A stretch of DNA of 64,000 bases from Macrostomum lignano. Its lineage: Eukaryota. Every line of letters begins with the position of its first letter. The stretch's first letter is position 1. The notes beneath the pieces are model-generated. The model searched no databases. It had not been told where the DNA came from and saw only the letters and a program-made list of their open reading frames with translations. The DNA lies in assembly GCA_002269645.1 (NCBI GenBank), contig NIVC01000571.1, forward strand, positions 434,001-498,000. Reading direction: 5' to 3'. This document shows, piece by piece, positions 55,571-64,000 of this stretch. Position numbers and translations under genes: made by a program.

Positions 55571-58500
55571 ATGGTGACTGCCTGTGAGCAGATCTGCGTG
55601 CTGCTGTGGAAGGACATCAAGCTGAAGCAGAGACGGCCGGTAAGTCCGCGGTGGCGCAACGCTTGTGACGCGCTGGTTTCATTGGTTTTACATTTCTACT
55701 TCCTCCTGAAATCCCCCTGAGCAGGCGCACAAGCGCGGATACGTACGCAGTCATACACACAGGCACACAGGCAGGAGTGTACAGCGGCCCTAACTTCGTT
55801 TATCGTTAGGCTGTGCCTCGGAGGTTTGCCCTCAATTGCGTTGATTGCACAAGTAGTCCCAAGCCGTTATTCCAACCGAGCCCCAAATTAATGTGACTGC
55901 ACTTGAGCTCTTATGTTCAATAAGAGTTGAGCCTGGGCCGCTGGCACATAAGAGCGCCGCACTTGACCACTGGGCTACGGCCTCCTTAACCAGCCAGAAT
56001 TGCAGTGATGAGGCTGTCCCGATTCGCAGTGATGAGGCTGTCCTGATTCGCAATGAGGAGGCTGTCCCGATTCGCAGTGATGAGGCTGTCCTGATTCGCA
56101 ATGAGGAGGCTGTCCCGATTCGCAGTGATGAGGCTGTCCCGATTCGCAGTGATGAGGCTGTCCTGAATTGCAGTGATGAGGCTGTCCCGATTCGCAGTGA
56201 TGAGGCTGCCCCGATTCGCAGTGATGAGGCTGCCCCGATTCGCAGTGATGAGGCTGCCCCGATTCGCAGTGATGAGGCTGCCCCGAATTCAGCGCTGAAT
56301 CATCCAACACCGCCGCTCAAACTCTGCAGATCTCCACTTTGATGGAGCTGCTCGCTCCGCTGGTGATCATCTCCATCCTCATCGGCATCCGGCAGTCGCA
56401 GGACTTCTTTCAGAGATCGTCGGCCTGCCAGTTCAAACCGTCCCCCTTGGCTTCGAGCGGCCTGGGTGCGGTGCTCAGGTCATTCTGTCACCTGGGAGTT
56501 TGTCGAGAGGGAGCCCAGACTTTCCACACAGACCAAGACCTCGTGACTGACGAGGGGTGAGATCTCTCCTTGGTCAAGGCGAAAAGTTCCAGCTAATTTT
56601 ATTATTCGCCTCGTTCCAGTTTCAGAAACATATCGCGGGTGATGGGCGCGATCAACTTCTGGCTGAACCACAACACCATCAAGAAGCTGTCACTCGCCGC
56701 CTCGGCCACGCGCCCTGCCCTGTCCGACCCCACAAGTGAGCTGAGCTGAGCTGTCCCTGCACTCTCCTGTCCCTGCTCTCTTCTGTCCCTGCACTCTTCT
56801 GTCCCTGCACTCTCCTGTCCCTGCTCTCTCCTGTCCCTGCTCTCTCCTGTCCCTGCTCTCTCCTGTCCTTGCTCTCTCCTGTCCCTGCACTCTCCTGTCC
56901 CTGCACTCTTCTGTCCCTGCACTCTCCTGTCCCTGCTCTCTCCTGTCCCTGCTCTCTCCTGTCCCTGCTCTCTCCTGTCCTTGCTCTCTCCTGTCCCTGC
57001 ACTCTCCTGTCCCTGCACTCTTCTGTCCCTGCACTCTCCTGTCCCTGCTCTCTCCTGTCCCTGCACTCTTCTGTCCCTGCACTCTTCTGTCCCTGCACTC
57101 TCCTGTCCCTGCTCTCTCCTGTCCCTGCTCTCTCCTGTCCCTGCTCTCTCCTGTCCTTGCTCTCTCCTGTCCCTGCACTCTCCTGTCCCTGCACTCTTCT
57201 GTCCCTGCACTCTTCTGTCCCTGCACTCTCCTGTCCCTGCTCTCTCCTGTCCCTGCTCTCTCCTGTCCTTGCTCTCTCCTGTCCCTGCTCTCTCCTGTCC
57301 TTGCTCTCTCCTGTCCCTGCACTCTCCTGTCCCTGCACTCTTCTGTCCCTGCTCTCTCCTGTCCCTGCTCTCTCCTGTCCCTGCACTCTCCTATCCCTGC
57401 TCTTTCCTGTCCCTGCACTCTCCTGTCCCTGCACTCTTCTGTCCCTGCTCTCTCCTGTCCCTGCTCTCTCCTGTCCCTGCACTCTCCTATCCCTGCTCTT
57501 TCCTGTCCCTGCACTCTCCTATCCCTGCTCTCTCCTATCCCTGCAATCACCCGTCCCTGCATGAAAATGGGTCATGACATTGCAGAGATGAAGAAGATCA
57601 AACTCCGCTCGCTTTTCAAAAACAACGGCAGCGCGCTGTTCGATGGCGTCAAGGTAACAAAGGAGCAGAGAGCGTCTTTCGAGACGGCGGAAGTGCCGTT
57701 TCCCAAGGTAAAGTGGAATAAAATTAGCTGAATTTCACTGCCTGAATGTGCCTATGAACTGAGAACAATGAAATATTAACTATTGAGTATTAACTATGAG
57801 CTGTACGGATAAAGTCTTAGGACATGCTCACCACTTCCTACGGGACTCCGTGTTAGAATTTTGTACAATTAGACATCACCCATTGCAGCTCTTGGACCTG
57901 TCCATGGGCCCCGGCATGGCTGGCCTGATGCTGTCGCAGAGCGGGCTGCCCAATATCCTGTGCAGCGGGGCCGGCGCCACCGCCAACTGGACCCGGGCAG
58001 TGCGGGAGCTCTGCAAGCAGCCGCGGTTCCGCGAAAACCTCCGGTCTCAGCTGGATTTTGACGCGGTTCGGGCCCAGGTGAGAGGGATGGAGTTCTTGAC
58101 ACCTGTCTAGAGCTGTGCTTTCCAGAGACTAGAGGTTACTTATGCGTTAAAGAGCTTAGCAGCAAATTAAGCCTTGTGACTCCAACTCCAACCCAATCAT
58201 TTTCATTAAAAGATGGCCTCTACAGACAGCAACAAGCGCAGCGTTCTGCTCAACCCCAGTGACCTCAAGAGTCTGCAGATGCTTCTTTCTCAGGTAAGCT
58301 CCATGGTTGAAGATTGGCAAATTGAAATAGATATCATGGTAGATCTGACAGCACAACACACGCTCTTACGAGGCTCTTCTTTCGTACATTACGTTGAATT
58401 AAAATATCCCGCAGATTAACGAGATGAGCAACGATGGAACGCTGCTCGTGTTTCAAAAGATGCGCGACCTCGCCGTGAATGTGACTGAAGGCCTGTCGAG

Positions 58501-61500
58501 CAGCAGACTGAAGGGCTGGCTGCGGTCTGTAAAGATCTTAGCCGGCCATGTCTGCGGCTCCGGCAAGAACGTCCTGTCGGACTACCTGGACCGCGAGATG
58601 GTCGAAGATGTAGCCGAAGACTTCGAGCCAAACGAATTAATCGAGAAATCGACAAACGATTCAGAGGAGACAGTCAATCTGACAACCATTCTGCCTCCAG
58701 AGGAGTGTGAGCACCTTGTTTTCTAATGCAGTCCTCAGAATGCACGTTTTTTATATGCTTTCGGAGCACTTTGGGTGTTCCTGCAGCCCAAGAATTATCT
58801 CAACTTGCATCTTCTATTGATACTCAGCAACATCAAAATTTCGCCATCACAGAAGATTCTGTCTGTGGTCGCCACTTTTATGAGGGCAGGTAAAGTCTCA
58901 ATCTTAGCAGGTGAGGCATCTTAGCTACGCCGCGGCAGACTTAAGTTGAGAAATGAAGTAGGGGGGGGGAGCGTTGTGCGAGGATTGGACGGATCAAAGC
59001 TACCCCGATCAGTTTTCTCGTATATTTTATTTCAGAATAGTCCAAGAGAAATTGCTCACTGGCGCATAGAGTGGCGACTTTTCATTGTCGTGTTGCCGAG
59101 TGTGCATTATGACTCAGCACAAAATGTCAACTTGTGCTCACAGTCAGTATCATCAAGACATTCAACTATCACCTGATTTTATCTTCTAGAGTTGGAAATC
59201 AAAAATATTTGTGCCATTTTTATCTGATCTCTTCACTGTGCAGTAAAGAGTTTTAAATTTTGAATGCAAGAAGAGAGAGGACGTTTCTCACCCGCAGTTT
59301 GCTCAGACAAGCGCTATCAGAATGCCATCCTGCTGCTTCCTGACTGGCTGCTCGACAAGCTCGGGCTCTCCGGCCTCAAACGGCTCATGTTCGGAGAAAT
59401 CCTTTACTATCCTGAATCAGAAAGGACGCGAAAGTTTCTCAAGAAAGTAAGCCGATGAAGCAAACAAATTGAATTTTGAGAGTTGAAAACAATGCAAGCA
59501 TCTTTACACCTACAATTCAACACTCCAGCTGAACGAGACCCTTATTGCAGCGTCCTGGGCATCCTACATAGCGGAGAACTTCGTGAAGTCAACGAGTCCT
59601 CGCATCGCCAACTTCATCACCAACAGCAGCGAGATGACGAATATGCGGGTTGGTGCGATTTTGTTTCGGGTGTTTTGAACGGTTTGGGCATTGCGCTGAC
59701 TTGGCTGCCTCTGAAACAGCAAAGATTCTTTGCGTATATTAAGTTTGAATCAGCTGCAGGGGTCTTTGGGCATCCGGATGCAGCGGGGAATCATCACCGC
59801 TCATTCCGCAAACCCTCGGCGGGAGGGGGGCCGGGTGTTTCATAAGCTCGAAATTTCATATTCTTTCCCAACCTCAAAGTTTGCCACGGTGGAAATTTCA
59901 TAAGTTGCGCACATAGCTAAGCCTCATCTAAAGGTTTCAAACGGCACATTAACATGAGCTTGTCGGCAATGGCGTGCAGCGCTTTCGATGAAACATCCAG
60001 ATCGAACAGCATTCTGGTTGAGTACGAGGGACGTCAGACTGATGGGGCGGTAGGCTTTGGCAGAGTGATGCACTCACAGTCTCCCTTCCCAGCTTTGGAA
60101 ATGAAAACAATCGTAGCCTCTTTCCGGGCCTTGGGCACGTACTGGAGGGTAATACACCTGATCTTTTGAGAACTAAGAGCTTTGACATCTCGTCAAGAGT
60201 GAGGGTCTTGACCACGCGTGAAGTAGCGCCCTCCAGCTCCGTGCAGTATTGGTGACACTTGTCGGACTTGGCTTTCCTGCTTGCTTTTGCGTTTCTTCTT
60301 GGCTAGCAACTGAGAAACTCCTCAGTTAAGAACCTGGTAAGAGGCTGAGCCAAAAGACCATCAGTGCGGTGCTACACTGGGCTCTTGATAGACAAAGAGG
60401 CTGTCTCCAGAGGCTGGTGGGCTGGCCGCATACCCTGTTAAATTCAAAAGGCAACACCAGTCCCTTAGATCCGTAGCCAGAGGCACCTGATACGCAAAGG
60501 TACACTTCCAGGAGAACCCGCGTACCCAACATGACCAAATCAAAAGTCAAGGCCACGGATGGGTTGCCCCCCACTGGAGCCCTGTCAGTCCAGCCTCATT
60601 AAGCATATGCTGGACGCGAACCCCTAGACCGGCTTGTGAATCAGCATGGAGGAAGGTTCTCTACCCATTCTTACACCAAAACAGAGAGGGACCGTGTGTA
60701 GTACCGCAGACCTTAGCCCGTGAGCCTGGGCTGCCTTATACTATATGGTTGTACTGCGTGTCTGCATTCGATGCGTATGCCTTCGTTTCACACATTCAGA
60801 CACTGCTGAGTCACTGCCAAATTTACTACGCCGGGCAGCCCAACGGTCGCAACTGCAAGAACCTGGAGCTGTTTCTGCAACCAGATCCGCCTTCCGCTCA
60901 GTCGAATACCAGCTCTACATGGAGGACTCCCTGAATACAACGAACACACTAATGCTCAGGCTGTACTTCGCCACCGCCTGTTTCCGCCTTAGCAAGCTTC
61001 GCGGCTTCAGCACCGAGAAGTCGCTGGAAAACCGCACCAGCTTCCTCATCGACGAACTGGAAGACTACAAGAAAGTGAACAAGTCGCTGTTCATTGCGTC
61101 TCTGCTCTTCGACAAGCTGGCGCCGGGCTTCGTGAAGTACCGCTTAAGATTTCCAGAAAACTCCATTGACAGCACCAGGCACTTCAAAGTATTGGACAGC
61201 CATTTCAAACCAAAGCCTCGAACGAATTTTCAAACCGATTTTAAGTACTTTACATCTTTCTTCATATACATTCAGGTGAGCTTTTCTTCCATTAAGTCAT
61301 TCAAGAAAAATATTTTCACTGGAAAAATTTGATTACTGATTTCAAACTGCATACCAGCTGCTCCCACTGAAAAAGCAACCGTGACAAGAACCGATGAAGA
61401 GTGATAGTAAACGACTCACTAGTGACTCTAGAGACTCTGGGGTACCTGTTGGGACTTTTAAAAATGCGAGTACTTAAATGACTGTGATGTAGAGGCCACT

Positions 61501-63870
61501 GTTGAGTCACGAGAGCAACACGGGAGCTGTAACATCGTAAAAGAGTCGCAAAATTAGTATAAGAGTCGTTGTGTTAGCGCTTAACTTTCTACCTTACTTA
61601 CTTACATGAAACGAAGGTTTAACCCTGGTGCGAGGGTTTAGCCCCGCAAGTAGTCGGCAGGTTCACAGAGGAGGCATCGGCGACCTTCATCCGGCCGGTA
61701 TCTCGGACCAACTCGCGAAGATCACGGATGTTGTTCGGGGTGGTCAGCTTGCCCATCCCTGGGGGTGGCCTTTCTACTAACTCAAGCAGACTAAATACAC
61801 TCAAAAAGTTATTAAAAATCTGAAATGCACTTTTTTATTTCAAAGAGTGACTCAGATGCGCTTTAGACACAATTCAGTGACTCTACAGCGACTCTTGCAC
61901 GCCTCAGGTTCGACTTTACTGCCCATCATTATAGAAGCGCCCCAGAGTCACTTGTGTCGCTCGTTTTAGAGTCACTTCTTTTCTATTTTACCTGTGTTAC
62001 CTGCATCGACTCTGGGACGCGTCTTGTTTTAACTCGCAGTTCTTTTTAATTTTCTCATTTTACACCAGGAGCTGCTCGAACACGGAATTCAAGCAGAAGT
62101 TACAGGCGTGAACGCGCCGCTCCAGACCTACTTGACAATGTTCCCATCAGTGTGCTACATGGATGACACCTTCGCCAAAGTCACCAATGCTTTCTTACCC
62201 ATGCTCTTGATTTTCACGTGGATATTCAATGTGTCCGTGCTGGTGAATGCCATTGTCTACGAGAAAGAGACCCGGCTGAAAGAGATGATGAAGATTATGG
62301 GACTGTCCGACGGAGTGCACTGGGTCTCCTGGTTCATCACCTCATTTGCAATCATGCTGGTTTCGGGCACTCTGATAACAGTGATGCTGAAGGCTGGGCA
62401 AATAATCGGCCTCTCAAATCCTGGGCTTTTGTTCCTTTTCATCGTCTCATTCGCGGTCAGCACGATTTGTGAGGCCTTCTTCATATCGATCTTCTTCTCC
62501 AACGCAAGCGTAGCGGCCGCGGTCGCAGCCGTGGCCTACATTGTCGGCTACGTGATCTACCTGGTGGTCATACAGTTCACCAGCACCATGAGGCAAGCCC
62601 ACTTCATTGTGAGCTTTCTGATTCCGCAGATTGCATTCGGCATTGGCAGCGAGATCATCAGCAACTGGGAGCTGGCCGTGATCGGACTGCAGGCCAATAA
62701 CTTTTTCAGCGCGCCGCTCTGGAGTGAGGAGCTGTCATTTTTCTTGGTAAGATTTTGCTGACTGATTTGCAGGACTACGAGCTAAAATTATAGATAAAGT
62801 ATTTTAGCACAGCTTTATGCAGTACAAACTGATTCTAAAATTCAACTAAAACTATGCGTCATGAAAAAGTTATGATTGAGAGTCCCCCACTGAATAATTT
62901 CTGTCTAATCAAATATTTCTATCTGTATTGTCAACTCGCCTTCAAACGACTTTAGGTGATTCTGATGCTGTGGGTCGATTCCGCCATTCTAATGCTGCTC
63001 ACCTGGTACCTGGAAAAGTTATTCCCCGGCCCGTACGGAGTCCCGAAGCCGTGGTACTTTCCTTTCCTGCACTCCTTCTGGTTCGGGAACACAAGCAAAC
63101 ATGGTGTCAGTGACAGCAGCCTGGCATTTTCCAATGGCAAAGTAGAATCAGTCTCAGTGGATTCCAATGAAAGCAGCAAGCAGCACTTCGAAGACGAGCC
63201 CGCGAACCTGAAAGTGGGCGTTGCGATTAGGAATTTGTCGAAGATCTACCGGCCCGGTTGCTTCTCCTGCCGGAGACAAACCGAGCCTCTCACTGCTGTT
63301 GACGACCTCAGCTACAACTTCTTCGAAAATCAGATCACCTCCTTTCTGGGTCACAACGGCGCCGGTGAGTTGCAACGCTAGCTAACAGTGACAAATCTGA
63401 TTTTAGTTCTCGAAGCTCTGCTGCTGCTGAACCCGATATTCATTTTCGTATGCTGATTCAAACTCAGATCTATTAAAGTTTACGTAACCTTTTGGCCACA
63501 GGAAAAAGCACGACAATGTCGATTCTCACTGGATTGTTTCTGCCGACATCGGGCACCGCCTTCATCGGCGGGTACGACATCCGCACAGAGATGGACCAGA
63601 TTCGCAGGCACCTCGGCCTGTGTCCTCAGTACAATGTGCTGTTCGACACCCTGACGGTTGAGGACCACATCTACTTCTACGGCATGCTGAAGGGCCTCAG
63701 CAGGGCGGAGCTGAACGTACAGATTGACTTCTTGGCCGCCGATGTGGGCCTCGAAAAAAAGAGACACGAGATTTGCGGTAATCTGTCAGGCGGGATGAAG
63801 CGAAGGCTGTCTGTTGCCCTGGCATTTATAGGCGGATCGAAAGTCGTTGTTCTGGACGAACCAACTGCCG
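55571..63870 (+). CDS. ABCA: ABC transporter subfamily A (ABCA1/2/4-like), N-terminal half; continues off the window
   Basis: Exon 1 [23 protein letters not shown] (55571-55639); exon 2 [11 protein letters not shown]...[12 protein letters not shown] (56330-56556); further ectodomain exons ~56619-61275; TMD exon with [38 protein letters not shown] (~62089-62746); [14 protein letters not shown] and Walker A GHNGAG|KSTT (~62956-63365 and 63501-); signature [10 protein letters not shown] and Walker [11 protein letters not shown]. Confidence 0.93.
55700..55985 (-). mobile_element. tRNA-derived SINE-like element in ABCA intron 1
   Basis: Head GGCCGTAGCCCAGTGGTCAAG...CCCAGGCTCAACTC (A-box and degenerate B-box). 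The body shares CGCTGTACACTCCTG with a related copy at 54746. Confidence 0.5.
56000..56290. repeat. Intronic 24-bp minisatellite (ATTCGCAGTGATGAGGCTGTCCCG)n
   Basis: About 12 copies. Confidence 0.95.
56745..57545. repeat. Intronic 16-bp pyrimidine-rich minisatellite (CTGTCCCTGC[A/T]CTCT[C/T])n
   Basis: About 50 copies. Confidence 0.95.
59950..60700 (-). mobile_element. Highly decayed non-LTR (LOA/R1-like) fragment in an ABCA intron
   Basis: Remnant [12 protein letters not shown]...[11 protein letters not shown] (RT domain 0/1) at ~60030-60140; boundaries uncertain. Confidence 0.6.
61590..61800 (-). mobile_element. Short 3' fragment of a non-LTR retrotransposon
   Basis: Coding-like end ([15 protein letters not shown]) followed by a (GTAA)n tail at ~61592-61606. 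Confidence 0.45.
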
Positions 63871-64000
63871 GTGAGCTCTGCGGGTGGCCTGGGTGACATT
63901 TGAAGACATTCTTCTCTCTTACAAAGCGAGAAAAAGAGAGAGCCCTGTTGACCAGAATATGCTGCAACTATAATACCGCCGCTTCATGTTGTTTCCATGA

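Overview
Eukaryotic (metazoan) genomic DNA with GC-rich exons and introns largely filled by minisatellites. The style resembles the flatworm Macrostomum; that is an inference, not verified. Five host genes are recognisable: a laminin alpha chain (minus, continues off the left edge), a CBFA2T/ETO/nervy co-repressor (plus), a SEC23IP/DDHD-family protein lacking its catalytic serine (minus), a predicted secreted PAN plus ALK/LTK-type glycine-rich protein (minus), and an ABCA transporter (plus, continues off the right edge). Mobile DNA is abundant. It includes a Ty3/Gypsy element (210-bp LTR, tRNA-Leu PBS, -1 frameshift signal), a decayed mariner, a 5'-truncated LOA/R1-like LINE with RNase H and a 12-bp TSD, THAP/P-element remnants, several MITEs and tRNA-derived SINE heads. 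The most striking item is a full-length RTE-like non-LTR retrotransposon (801-4902, minus) nested in the Gypsy pol with a 10-11-bp TSD. It begins exactly at G1 of an HDV-like ribozyme fold, carries a 2A-like (IEKNPGP) motif upstream of its endonuclease, and ends in four zinc fingers. Several frameshifts fall in homopolymer runs and are probably assembly errors. Exon boundaries were read by eye and are approximate.
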